This document shows positions 48,537 through 57,646 of a stretch of 64,000 nucleotides of DNA, piece by piece (the stretch's first letter is position 1; every line of letters starts with the position of its first letter). The stretch is taken from positions 2,304,001-2,368,000 of the forward strand of contig OY970178.1 of assembly GCA_963707915.1 (NCBI GenBank), given 5' to 3'. Source of the stretch: Candidatus Eiseniibacteriota bacterium. GTDB lineage: Bacteria > Eisenbacteria > RBG-16-71-46. The position numbers and the translations under genes were made by a program. The notes beneath the pieces were generated by a model that did not search any database, was not told the DNA's origin, and saw only the letters and a list, made by a program, of their open reading frames with translations.

Positions 48537-51500
48537 TCAGCCGCGGCTGCGGGCACCCGCCGCGACCGCGGCGCGCGCCGGCCGGTCCGCCGGCGCCGAC
48601 TTCCGCACCTCCACCCGGGCGGTGGCCTTCTGCCGCTCGAGCTGGAGCACCTCGAAGTCCGGATCGACCACCACGCGCTCCGGCTCGAAGCCGCAGCGCA
48701 GCACGATCTCGCGGGTCTCCTTCGGCCCCAGCACGACGGTGGTGCGCGCGTCGCGCCACGGCTCCGCCTTCTGCTTCCGGTCGGCGAAGCGCACCCCGCG
48801 GACCGCCGCGACCTGCACCGGCATGCGGCCGGTGCCGGCGTTGCGCACCCGGGCGCGGACCTCCCAGCCGTCGCCCCGTCGCACGGCGCGCGCGTCGCTC
48901 ACCCGGTACTCGGGCACCACCACGTCCCAGTACCATTGCCTCACGAAGGCGTCGTAGGCGGCCGAGTCGGGCGCGTAGCGGCGCATGTGGGCGAGGTAGT
49001 CCTGGAGCACGGGGTGGTCGGGGCCGTCGCGCCAGGCGGCGATGAAGTCGCGCAGCCCCCGCAGCATCGGATCCCGGCCCACGAGCCGCATCATCATCCA
49101 CGCGGTCCACCCGCCCTTGTCGTAGACGATGCGGTCGTCGCCCGCGCGCGATCCGTCGATGCGGGTGAGCGGGCGTTCGGAGTCGGCCTGGCGCGTGTTC
49201 GCGTACTGGTCCTCGATCTGGCGCAGGAAGGCCAGTTGCTGCTCGCGGCCCTTCACCTGCCCGACGAGCAGGGCGGTCGAGAAGTGCGACAGGCCCTCGG
49301 AGAGCACCACCGCGCCGGGGCGGTCGGCGGGGACCAGGATGTTGCCCCACCACTGGTGCGCCGCCTCGTGCGCCGTGACCCAGAACGCGGCGTCGGCCCT
49401 GGGCTCGCTCTTGGTGAGGAAGCCGATGCCCTCCGAGAACGTGATGTTGGTCGGCGAGCCCTGCGCGTAGTCGCGCAGGCGGGGGAACTCGCTGAGCCGC
49501 AGATCGCGCCAGGGATAGGGCCCGAACCACTCCGAGTACCAGCGCCGCGAGCCGGAGAGCGCCTGGACCATGCCGTCGAGGTTGTAGGTGTGCGCCGGGT
49601 GATGGTAGATCGTCACGCCCGCGCCCCGCCGCTCCGCCCAGCGCCCGGCGATCACGTTGAACAGGTGCACCGGGCGGTCGGAGACGTAGGTGAACGTGCG
49701 GAGCCCGTTCGCCGCGCTCTCGCGCTCGAGCACGCCGGTGGCGTTCGCCCGGAACCCCTCGGGCACGGTCACGCGGATGCGCGTGTCGAACCAGCCCTCC
49801 GCCAGCGGCATCATCGCCGGCAGCGTGTCGCGCCAGACGTCGTCGGGATACCGGCGCGGCTCGGGCCGGTCCTTCGCCTCGGGGCCGATCTCCGGGCTGA
49901 ACCCGAGCTGGGGCACCAGCGTGGGCCCATCGAACCCCGTGAACACGGCGCTCGAGGGCACGATGAACTCCATGGTCCCCGCGCCGTTGCGGCTGATGCC
50001 CGCCGGGAAGGTCGCCCGGTACCGGAAGCCCAGGCGCACGCGTTCGCCCGCCTGGAGCGGTCGCGGCAGCGTGAAGACGTAGAGGCGCGAGCGGTCCTCC
50101 GGCTTGCACGGGGCGCCGTCCAGGGTCCACGCGAGCGAGTCCCACGCGAACCCGCCGGTCAGCGGGAACTCCCGGAGCGGTGCCCGGCCCCGGTTCACCA
50201 GGTCGTAGTGGCCGGCCACGCGGAACGTGCGGTGCGGCGGGTCGAGCGCGACGTCGAGGTCCACCGCGGCCATCACCGGCAGCGGCGCGCCGGTCCAGGT
50301 CGCGGCGTTCTGTCGCCAGTAGTCCTTCGCCAGCTTCTTCATCCGGCCGCCCTCCCACCCCTGCTCCACCTGCAGCCACAGCACGGCCCAGGCCGCCAGC
50401 GGCACGAGCAGCAGCGGGACGAGCCCCAGTGCTGCGCGCGCCAGCGCCGCAGGACGCAGCCGGTGCGCGGCGCGCGCGGCGTCGGCCTCGAGCCGCGGGA
50501 AGAGCCGCACGGTGAGCACGATGAAGAACGCCGCGAGCCCCAGCACCATCACCCGGTTGAGGACCAGCGGCAGCCGGTCCAGCTCGAACACGCTCATGTC
50601 GCTCCAGCGCGTCGCGCTCCACAGGTCCCAGTTGAACGCCCAGTTCATCCGGCCGCGGGCCTGGAAGAAGCCGGTCACGGCCATCGCGCCGAGCCCCAGC
50701 GCGTACGTCGCGTAGCGGCTGCGGGTGAGCGCGAACAGCGCCATCGCGAACGCCGTCCAGGCCAGGAAGGTCGGCGTCAGCAGCAGGCCCCAGCACAGCA
50801 GGAACGGCCCGATGCGGAACGGCACCCGCCCCTGGACCGCGAGCAGGATGGCGTCGCCCGCGAGGGCGGTCAGCAGGATGGCCAGCGCCACCACGGTGTT
50901 GGCCAGCGCCTTGCCCAGCAGCAGCGAGCCGGTGCGCAACGGGGTGGCGTGGAAGATCGCGCCGAAGCCGGTGCCGCGCTCGCGCTGCAGCGACTCCACC
51001 GTGTAGAAGAGCAGCAGCAGGCAGACCAGCAGCGTGAGCGTGTTCATCGCCTCCGCGGCGAGCCCGCCCGGGGTCTGGAGCAGCGTCGTGTCGAAGGCGC
51101 CGACGTTGACGATGCTGCTGAGGGTCTGGGCCAGGATCATGGGCACGAACAGGTAGAGGCCGGGGTGCGTGCGCAGCTCGTGCAGCTCCACGCGCGCGAC
51201 CTCCCACGCGCCGGCGAGGAAGCCGGTGGCGCCCGAGCGCATCCCCAGCGACGCGAGCGGGGCCGCTTCGGGCCGCGGCGCCCCGGCGTCGGGCCGGCCC
51301 GCCGTGGCGCGGGCGCGGCGCACCGCACGCGTCCCGCGCAGCGTGGCGGCGAACCGCCACTGCGTGAGCAGGACCGCCCCGAGGCCGAGCCCCACCACCA
51401 CCGCGCGATTGGCCCAGAACCAGGCGTCGGTGCCGACCCGGGCGCCGTTGTAGAAGTCCACGCCGCGGTCCACGTTGAGCCACGTCTCGTTGAGCCAGCG

Positions 51501-52184
51501 GATCCCGGTCGGGTCCAGCACCATGAGGAGGCCGTTGACGGCGGGAGGGAGCCACGACGGCGACCAGTTCCACAGCAGGGCGACGCCGAGGACGATGCTC
51601 GCCACCGGGAACGCGAACACCAGGATCGGCATGCGCGTGAGCGTGCCCAGTGCGAAGCTGGTGCCGGCCATGCACAGCAGCGACGGCAGCGCGAAGAGCA
51701 ACAGGGGGCGCAGGTAGTTCCCCGCGGCGAGCGGCCCGATGACCTCGGCGTTCTCGCCGTGGGGCAGGCCGTGGTTGAACAGCACGATCAGCCCCACGTT
51801 CGCCAGCAGCACGAGCAGGAAGCCGGCCAGCGTGGCGGCGTACTTGCCCCACACGTACTCGGCCGGCGTGAGCGGCGTGGCGTGGAGCAACTCGCCGACC
51901 TTCAACTCCTCGTCACGGATCACGCTCATGCCGGCGGCCACGGCGACGAAGAACGCGTAGAGCAGGCCCACCAGCATCGCGACGAGCTGGGAGATCGCGA
52001 ACTCGGAGGTGATCCACGCCTTGGTGCCGCCCACCGCGCTGTTCCCGGAGCCGATCGAGGCGTTGCCGGTGGACATCACGTAGGCGAAGAGCCCGACGAT
52101 CACGAGCAGCACCCAGAACAGCGGCCGGCGCAGGTCGTGGGCCAGCTCCTGGCGGAAGACCTCGCCGAGGCGCCGCGGGCTCAT
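48537..52184 (-). CDS. ABC transporter permease / M1 aminopeptidase fusion
   Basis: Two ABC-2 membrane modules (ATPLT..EYVWGKY; ATPL..SLLLGK) followed by GPYPW, HEAAHQWWG...LSEG, YDKG. Confidence 0.92.
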   Translation of the reverse strand: MSPRRLGEVFRQELAHDLRRPLFWVLLVIVGLFAYVMSTGNASIGSGNSAVGGTKAWITSEFAISQLVAMLVGLLYAFFVAVAAGMSVIRDEELKVGELLHATPLTPAEYVWGKYAATLAGFLLVLLANVGLIVLFNHGLPHGENAEVIGPLAAGNYLRPLLLFALPSLLCMAGTSFALGTLTRMPILVFAFPVASIVLGVALLWNWSPSWLPPAVNGLLMVLDPTGIRWLNETWLNVDRGVDFYNGARVGTDAWFWANRAVVVGLGLGAVLLTQWRFAATLRGTRAVRRARATAGRPDAGAPRPEAAPLASLGMRSGATGFLAGAWEVARVELHELRTHPGLYLFVPMILAQTLSSIVNVGAFDTTLLQTPGGLAAEAMNTLTLLVCLLLLFYTVESLQRERGTGFGAIFHATPLRTGSLLLGKALANTVVALAILLTALAGDAILLAVQGRVPFRIGPFLLCWGLLLTPTFLAWTAFAMALFALTRSRYATYALGLGAMAVTGFFQARGRMNWAFNWDLWSATRWSDMSVFELDRLPLVLNRVMVLGLAAFFIVLTVRLFPRLEADAARAAHRLRPAALARAALGLVPLLLVPLAAWAVLWLQVEQGWEGGRMKKLAKDYWRQNAATWTGAPLPVMAAVDLDVALDPPHRTFRVAGHYDLVNRGRAPLREFPLTGGFAWDSLAWTLDGAPCKPEDRSRLYVFTLPRPLQAGERVRLGFRYRATFPAGISRNGAGTMEFIVPSSAVFTGFDGPTLVPQLGFSPEIGPEAKDRPEPRRYPDDVWRDTLPAMMPLAEGWFDTRIRVTVPEGFRANATGVLERESAANGLRTFTYVSDRPVHLFNVIAGRWAERRGAGVTIYHHPAHTYNLDGMVQALSGSRRWYSEWFGPYPWRDLRLSEFPRLRDYAQGSPTNITFSEGIGFLTKSEPRADAAFWVTAHEAAHQWWGNILVPADRPGAVVLSEGLSHFSTALLVGQVKGREQQLAFLRQIEDQYANTRQADSERPLTRIDGSRAGDDRIVYDKGGWTAWMMMRLVGRDPMLRGLRDFIAAWRDGPDHPVLQDYLAHMRRYAPDSAAYDAFVRQWYWDVVVPEYRVSDARAVRRGDGWEVRARVRNAGTGRMPVQVAAVRGVRFADRKQKAEPWRDARTTVVLGPKETREIVLRCGFEPERVVVDPDFEVLQLERQKATARVEVRKSAPADRPARAAVAAGARSRG

Positions 52185-53116
52185 GACGTCCGCCCCGCGG
52201 AGGCGTCCTCCCGGCGGGCGGCCGCCGCGGCAGCGGCGCCGTTCGCGCCGCCGGAGCGCATCAGGACCAGGTACGCGTCCTCGAGCGTCGGATTCGCCGG
52301 CTCGAAGCCGGGGGGCGGAACGCGCGATGCGTCGTGCACGCGCACGCGGTGCCGGCCTTCGACCAGGATGGCCTGGGTCACGGTGCGCGCGCGGCGCAGG
52401 GCCGGCAGCTCGGCGGGCGTCACCGTGCCCTCGAAGATCGCGCCGTCCAGCGCGGCGCGGGCCTCCCGCGGCGTGGTGTGCGCGATCAGGCGGCCGTCGC
52501 GGATCACGGTGAAGCGCGGGCAGAGCACCGCGACGTCCTCGACGATGTGGGTCGAGAGGATCACGGTGCGGCCCTCGGCCAGCTCGGCGAGCAGGTGGTA
52601 GAAGCGCAGGCGCTCCTCCGGATCGAGCCCGGCCGTGGGCTCGTCCACGATCAGCAGCCGCGGGTCCCCGGCGATCGCCTGCGCGATGCCGAGGCGCTGC
52701 CGCATGCCGCCCGAGTAGGTCTTCACCTTGCGGCCGGCCGCGTACGAGAGGTTCACGCGCTCCAGCAACTCCCCGGCGAGCTCGCGGTGCCCCACGTTCG
52801 CGGCCACGCCCTTGAGGCGGAGCAGGTGGACCAGCATCTGCGCGCCCGTGAGGTGGGGGTAGAAGCCGAAGTCCTGCGGCAGGTAGCCGAGCCGCGCCCG
52901 CAGACGCTCCGGGCGGGCGAGGACGTCGTCGCCGTCGAGCGTCACCCGGCCCGAGGTCGGCTCGAGCAGCCCGGCAAGGATCCGCATGAGGGTGGACTTG
53001 CCCGCCCCGTTGGGCCCGAGCAGGCCGAACATGCCGAACGGCACCTCGAGATCGATGCCCTGCAGGGCCGCGACCGGGCCCGGGTAGACCTTGACCAGGG
53101 ACTGGATGGACAGCAT
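52181..53116 (-). CDS. ABC transporter ATP-binding protein
   Basis: GPNGAGKST, YSGGMRQR, IVDEPTAG, LSTH; ATGA overlap with the permease. Confidence 0.96.
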   Translation of the reverse strand: MLSIQSLVKVYPGPVAALQGIDLEVPFGMFGLLGPNGAGKSTLMRILAGLLEPTSGRVTLDGDDVLARPERLRARLGYLPQDFGFYPHLTGAQMLVHLLRLKGVAANVGHRELAGELLERVNLSYAAGRKVKTYSGGMRQRLGIAQAIAGDPRLLIVDEPTAGLDPEERLRFYHLLAELAEGRTVILSTHIVEDVAVLCPRFTVIRDGRLIAHTTPREARAALDGAIFEGTVTPAELPALRRARTVTQAILVEGRHRVRVHDASRVPPPGFEPANPTLEDAYLVLMRSGGANGAAAAAAARREDASAGRTS

Positions 53117-53251
53117 GGGGGCACCTCGCGGGCAAGAGCCGGCGGCCCGGTCCGGGCCGCGGGGGACGAGAGGACTACGGTCCGGAGGCCCGCCGGGTTG
53201 CCTCCGCTGTTCCGGGGGTCACCGGGGCGGGCGACCCAGTCGGGCGGCTCG

Positions 53252-53584
53252 TCAGCGCCGCTTCAGCGCCACTACCACGCCCAGCGCCACGGCGATCGCG
53301 GCGATCAGCATCAGCAGCGGCCAACTCGCGCCGCCGGTGTCGAAGCGGAGGGCGAGCGCCAGCCCCGCGACGGTCACGGCCGTGGCCAGCGCGATCAGCA
53401 CCCGCTTCGGAGCGCCCGCACCGCCCGTGCGGGAGACGGCGATCCGCGTGGCCTGGCTCACCTCGAAACCGCTCAGGTCCGGGTTCTGCTGCCGGAACTG
53501 CTCGATGGTCTCCGTCAGACGCTGGCCCAGCGCCTCGGCACGTGGCGAGGGGGTCGCGGGGATGACCGGGACGAAGACAGGCAC
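53252..53584 (-). CDS. small membrane hypothetical protein (2 TM)
   Basis: GGAGG RBS before GTG; two hydrophobic helices; co-directional with neighbours. Confidence 0.6.
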   Translation of the reverse strand: MPVFVPVIPATPSPRAEALGQRLTETIEQFRQQNPDLSGFEVSQATRIAVSRTGGAGAPKRVLIALATAVTVAGLALALRFDTGGASWPLLMLIAAIAVALGVVVALKRR

Positions 53585-53620
53585 GTTCCCTCCGCTTGGT
53601 TGGAGCGTCTGTGCGGCTCG

Positions 53621-54496
53621 CTACTTCACCGCCGTGGAATCACCCACCGACGCGCCGGACACGCGGTCGGCGGGCGCCGCGACCGGCGCGCGCGCGGCGT
53701 CGAGCTGCGAGTACGGCGGTTCGCCCGCGGTCCACGAGTGAGGGATGGCGAAGACCACGAGCGTGACGATCGCGGCGAGCACGACCCATGCCTTTTCGAG
53801 CTTCGCGCGACCCAGGGCGAACGCTGCGGCGGCCCAGACGACCAGCGCGATGAGCGTCTTGTTGTCGGTGATGTCGTTGCCCACCGGGAAGCCGGTCCAC
53901 CACGGGCCGAACGCGTAGTGCGTGACGAACACGCCGATCGCCATGCCACCGACGAAGAGCGCCGCCAGCGTCCCCCCGACCAGCCCCTTGAAGCGCGGCG
54001 CGGGGCGGAAGACCTCGAGGCCGGCGCGTGTCGACAGCAGCATCGCCAGCATGATGATGAAGATGTGCGGGATGAGCACCCAGGGCGGGACGTCGTCGCG
54101 GAAGCGGATGGCCACGGGACGTTCGGCCGGGACGAGGATCGACTCGGCACCGCGCGCGAGCCGGACGCGGTACCAGAGCTTGGCGGCGGGCGGCCGATGC
54201 GGCAGCTCGGCCACCAGCGCGGCGCCTTCCTTCCTCATCGGCACCGCGGTCCACGGATCGCTCGAGCCGTACTCCTTCCACTCGACGACCCCGACGGCAT
54301 CCGCGGGCAGCGCTCCCAGCACGACGCGGTGGTCGCCCGCCCCGGCGTGCGTGCGGTCGAGCACGTAGTGGATCTCGGCGCCGCCGAGTGACGCCGTCCC
54401 GGAGAGCTCGTGGGTCGGCCCGGTCATGCGCTGCCAGCGTCCCGAGGCCAGGGTGATGAGGAGGGCGATGATCCACAGCCAGGCGGAACGGTTCAT
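53621..54496 (-). CDS. hypothetical membrane protein (N-terminal TM, periplasmic beta domain, ~4 C-terminal TM)
   Basis: AGGAG RBS; WQRMTGPT, LPHRPPAAKLWY, IPHI, WTGFPVGNDITDNKTL, IPHS. Confidence 0.8.
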   Translation of the reverse strand: MNRSAWLWIIALLITLASGRWQRMTGPTHELSGTASLGGAEIHYVLDRTHAGAGDHRVVLGALPADAVGVVEWKEYGSSDPWTAVPMRKEGAALVAELPHRPPAAKLWYRVRLARGAESILVPAERPVAIRFRDDVPPWVLIPHIFIIMLAMLLSTRAGLEVFRPAPRFKGLVGGTLAALFVGGMAIGVFVTHYAFGPWWTGFPVGNDITDNKTLIALVVWAAAAFALGRAKLEKAWVVLAAIVTLVVFAIPHSWTAGEPPYSQLDAARAPVAAPADRVSGASVGDSTAVK

Positions 54497-54682
54497 GGCG
54501 ATCGTCTCCTGGAGAGTCTCCTGCGGTTCGGAATCGGCCGGACGGGGCGGTACGTGGCCCTCGGCCGGCATGATAGACGATGCGGCCGCGGCGGCCGCAA
54601 CCGTCCCCGGGCCCGGCGACGGGCCCCGCGGGCGGCCGGCCCGCCGATCCTCCGGGGCGCAGCCGCATCCAACCGGGCGCCC

Positions 54683-56131
54683 ATGCGCGTCCTGTTCTGG
54701 TTCCGGAACGACCTGCGGCTCGCGGACAACACCGGCCTGCACGAGGCCGTGCGCGACGCGGCCGGCGACGTGGTCCCGTTCCACGCGACCGGGTCCGCCC
54801 CGGCGCGGCAGACCGCGGAACCGCGCGCGGCGCCCGGCGCGGGCGCCCCGGCGCGGGACCGCTTCGCGCGGGAATCCCTCGCCGACCTCGCGGGCGCGAT
54901 CGAGAGCGCCGGCTCGCGGCTGGCGCTGGACCACGCGCCCGCGATCGAGGCGGTGCCACGCGCCGCGCGGCTGGCCCGCGCGGACGCGGTCTACTGGAAC
55001 GACGAGTACGAGCCGGCGAGCGAGCGGCGCGATGCGCAGGTCGAGCGGGCCCTGCGCGCGGCGGGCGTGACGGTGCGGCGCTTCCACGACCGGCTGCTGG
55101 TGCCGCCCGGGGCGGTGCTCACGAAGGCCGGCACGCCCTTCGTGGTGTACACGGCGTTCCGAAGGGCCTGCGAAGCGCTGCCGCCCGGCTCTCCCCTGCC
55201 CGCCGTGACCCGGCTCGCATCCCACGACCTCCCGGCGCAGCCGCCCGCGACGCCCGGGCCCGGCGTCGCGCCGCCCGGGTGGCCCGGCGGAGCCGCGCCC
55301 GGGCGCAGGCGTCTCGCGCACTTCGTCCATCACCGCCTGGCGCGCTACGCCGCGGAACGCGACCTCCTCGCCGGCGATGCCGGCTCGCGCCTCTCGGCAG
55401 ACCTGCGTTGCGGCACGCTCTCGCCGCGCACGGTGGCGGCGGCGGTGCTGGGCGCCGCCCGGGCCGCGCCGGAGGACCGCGCGCTGGCGGCCGCGGCGGC
55501 GAAGTTCGTGGCCGAGCTGCGCTGGCGGGACTTCTACGCGCACGTCCTGCACCACTTCCCGCACTGCGAGCACGGCGCGTTCCGGCGCACGTACGCGGAC
55601 ATCCGCTGGCCGGGCGACCCGGCGCACTTCGACGCGTGGCGCGAGGGCCGCACCGGCTACCCGGTGGTGGACGCCGCCATGCGGGAGCTGGCCGCGACCG
55701 CCTTCATGCACAACCGGGCCCGCATGATCGCGGCGTCGTTCCTGGCCAAGGACCTGCTGCTCGACTGGCGCCTGGGAGAGGCGCACTTCATGCGGCACCT
55801 GGTCGACGGGGACCTGGCCAGCAACAACGGCGGCTGGCAGTGGGTGGCCGGGACGGGCACGGACGCCCAGCCCTTCTTCCGCATCTTCAACCCGGTCCTG
55901 CAAGGCCTCCGCTTCGACCCCGGCGGGGACTACGTCCGGCGCTGGGTGCCCGAGCTCGGGCGGCTGCCGGCCCGCTGGATCCACCGGCCGTGGGAGGCAC
56001 CGGCCGGGGTGTGCGAAGCGGCGGGCGCGAGGCTCGGGGTGGACTACCCGGAGCGCATCGTGGAGCACGGGGAACAGCGGGAGTCGGCCCGCGCGCTGGT
56101 GCGGACGAGGGGGGTCTCAGGCGGCCCGTGA
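54683..56131 (+). CDS. phrB: deoxyribodipyrimidine photolyase / cryptochrome family
   Basis: WFRNDLRLADN, SRLSADL, ELRWRDF, GRTGYPVVDAAMR, MHNRARM, DGDLASNNGGWQW, FRIFNP. Confidence 0.93.
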   Translation: MRVLFWFRNDLRLADNTGLHEAVRDAAGDVVPFHATGSAPARQTAEPRAAPGAGAPARDRFARESLADLAGAIESAGSRLALDHAPAIEAVPRAARLARADAVYWNDEYEPASERRDAQVERALRAAGVTVRRFHDRLLVPPGAVLTKAGTPFVVYTAFRRACEALPPGSPLPAVTRLASHDLPAQPPATPGPGVAPPGWPGGAAPGRRRLAHFVHHRLARYAAERDLLAGDAGSRLSADLRCGTLSPRTVAAAVLGAARAAPEDRALAAAAAKFVAELRWRDFYAHVLHHFPHCEHGAFRRTYADIRWPGDPAHFDAWREGRTGYPVVDAAMRELAATAFMHNRARMIAASFLAKDLLLDWRLGEAHFMRHLVDGDLASNNGGWQWVAGTGTDAQPFFRIFNPVLQGLRFDPGGDYVRRWVPELGRLPARWIHRPWEAPAGVCEAAGARLGVDYPERIVEHGEQRESARALVRTRGVSGGP

Positions 56132-56704
56132 TCCGGCCCGCTCGCCGGATGCCCGGGAGGCCGGGGGACGGTCGCCGACGGCACGGGCCAGGTCCAGTGA
56201 CGGCCGCGCCGCCGCCCGCCGGGACGGACGGTCCCGCAGGGCGAACCGGGCCCCGGCCAGAGTCAGCACGACCGCGGCGGAGCCGAACCAGGGGGCCTCG
56301 GTGAAGAGCCTCGCGAACTCGGCCCCGGTCGAGCGAAGGCCGAAGCCCGAGTCGGGCGAGCCCTGGGCCACCGCGAACGCGCTCGAGGCGAGGAGCGCGA
56401 GCACGGCCCCGGCAGGGGCCAACAGCCAGGCCGCCACCCTGACGAACCCGTCGCCGCGACGACCACCGTGACGGCAGGCCCAGGCGATCAACCAGCCGAG
56501 ACCCGGCGCAGCCGGAAGCGACCATGCGCCGAAGACGACGGCCATCCCGGACCAGGCCGCGGCTCCGAGAACGAGCGCGAGGATCCCGTAGGACGTGGCG
56601 AGGACGTGTTCCGGGACGATCGGGTCCGCCGGGTCGAGACGCGTCTCCATCCAGCAGTTTTCGACCTCCGCGAGCGGGGACTGAAGAGGCACGTGGAGCC
56701 CCAT
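56117..56704 (-). CDS. hypothetical membrane protein (~4 TM)
   Basis: Hydrophobic ORF filling the gap, divergent from the GAF-HTH gene; start uncertain (56704 or 56650). Confidence 0.55.
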   Translation of the reverse strand: MGLHVPLQSPLAEVENCWMETRLDPADPIVPEHVLATSYGILALVLGAAAWSGMAVVFGAWSLPAAPGLGWLIAWACRHGGRRGDGFVRVAAWLLAPAGAVLALLASSAFAVAQGSPDSGFGLRSTGAEFARLFTEAPWFGSAAVVLTLAGARFALRDRPSRRAAARPSLDLARAVGDRPPASRASGERAGSRAA

Positions 56705-56709
56705 CCCGG

Positions 56710-56744
56710 CTCACGATATTTCGTGACTTACGAAATGTCGTGAG
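56710..56744. promoter_or_regulatory. double palindromic operator
   Basis: TCACGA-TATT-TCGTGA followed by TTACGA-AATG-TCGTGA; the whole 35 bp is a near-palindrome (30/35). Confidence 0.7.
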
Positions 56745-56771
56745 TTAGGATGCGGATCACGAGGTGCTCAC

Positions 56772-57635
56772 ATGAGCGAACAACTTACAATCCTGCAATC
56801 ACTTCAGCCCGTACTGTCCACGCTGCTCGAGGCCGGGATGGCCTCGTGCGACGGGGTGGCGGCGCAGGCCTGGCTTGTGGGCCCCGGTGATGTCTGCGAC
56901 TCCTGCCCGATGCGTCCCGATTGCCCCGCCCGGGACAGTTGCCTCCACCTGGTCGCGAGCGTCGGGGCCGACGGCGCCGGGATGCGAGCTCCCGTCCGCA
57001 TCCCGATCGGCGTCGGATCGCTGGGCCGGATCCCGACGGCCCACGACCCGCTGGTCGTGAGGTCGGGCCTCGACTCTCACGGTCTGGCCGCCGCCGACTG
57101 GCTCAAGAAGAACGGCGTGCGCGCGATCGCGGCGCTTCCGCTCGAGCACGGCGAGCGTTGCATCGGCGTGCTCGCGGTCTACTCCCGCAACACGCTGCCC
57201 GACGAACAACTGCGACTCATGGCCACCTCGACGCGATTGGGGGCGGCGGCCCTCGGGAACGTCGCGGCCTTCCGGACCCTGGCGGCCGATCGCAACCGGC
57301 TGGCGGCGAAGAACGCGCGACTGCGCGCGGGGCTGGGACTGTCGCCGGAACCCGAGCCGGCACCCCCGTCGCCCCCGCCCTCCGCCCGGGGTTCCGCCCC
57401 GCCCCCACCGGTCCCCGCACCGGCCGACGCCGCTGCCGCGCTCCACCAGGGAGCGTTCGCGCCGCAGCCCCCGCGCAGCTTCGCCGAGGTCCAGCGCGAG
57501 GGCATCCTGCGCACGCTCGAGCTCACGCGCTGGCGGGTGAGCGGGCCGAAGGGAGCGGCGGCCGTGCTGGGCCTCAAGCCCACCACGCTCGAATCGAAGA
57601 TGAAGAAGCTCGGCATCCGCCGGCCGCCGCGCTGA
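56772..57635 (+). CDS. GAF + Fis-type HTH transcriptional regulator (FhlA/HyfR-like, lacking AAA+)
   Basis: WLVGPGDVCDSCPMRPDCPARDSCLHLVAS; ALPL...IGVLAVYS; Pro-rich linker; QREGILRTLELTRWRVSGPKGAAAVLGLKPTTLESKMKKLGI. Confidence 0.85.
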   Translation: MSEQLTILQSLQPVLSTLLEAGMASCDGVAAQAWLVGPGDVCDSCPMRPDCPARDSCLHLVASVGADGAGMRAPVRIPIGVGSLGRIPTAHDPLVVRSGLDSHGLAAADWLKKNGVRAIAALPLEHGERCIGVLAVYSRNTLPDEQLRLMATSTRLGAAALGNVAAFRTLAADRNRLAAKNARLRAGLGLSPEPEPAPPSPPPSARGSAPPPPVPAPADAAAALHQGAFAPQPPRSFAEVQREGILRTLELTRWRVSGPKGAAAVLGLKPTTLESKMKKLGIRRPPR

Positions 57636-57646
57636 CCTACGCGACC

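Noticed and set aside
46914..52601. Very long alternative ORFs (1895 aa, 1576 aa, also 57781-62004 and 39499-42792)
   Set aside because: They are Arg/Gly/Pro/Ala-rich or antisense shadow frames of well-supported genes, expected at this GC content.
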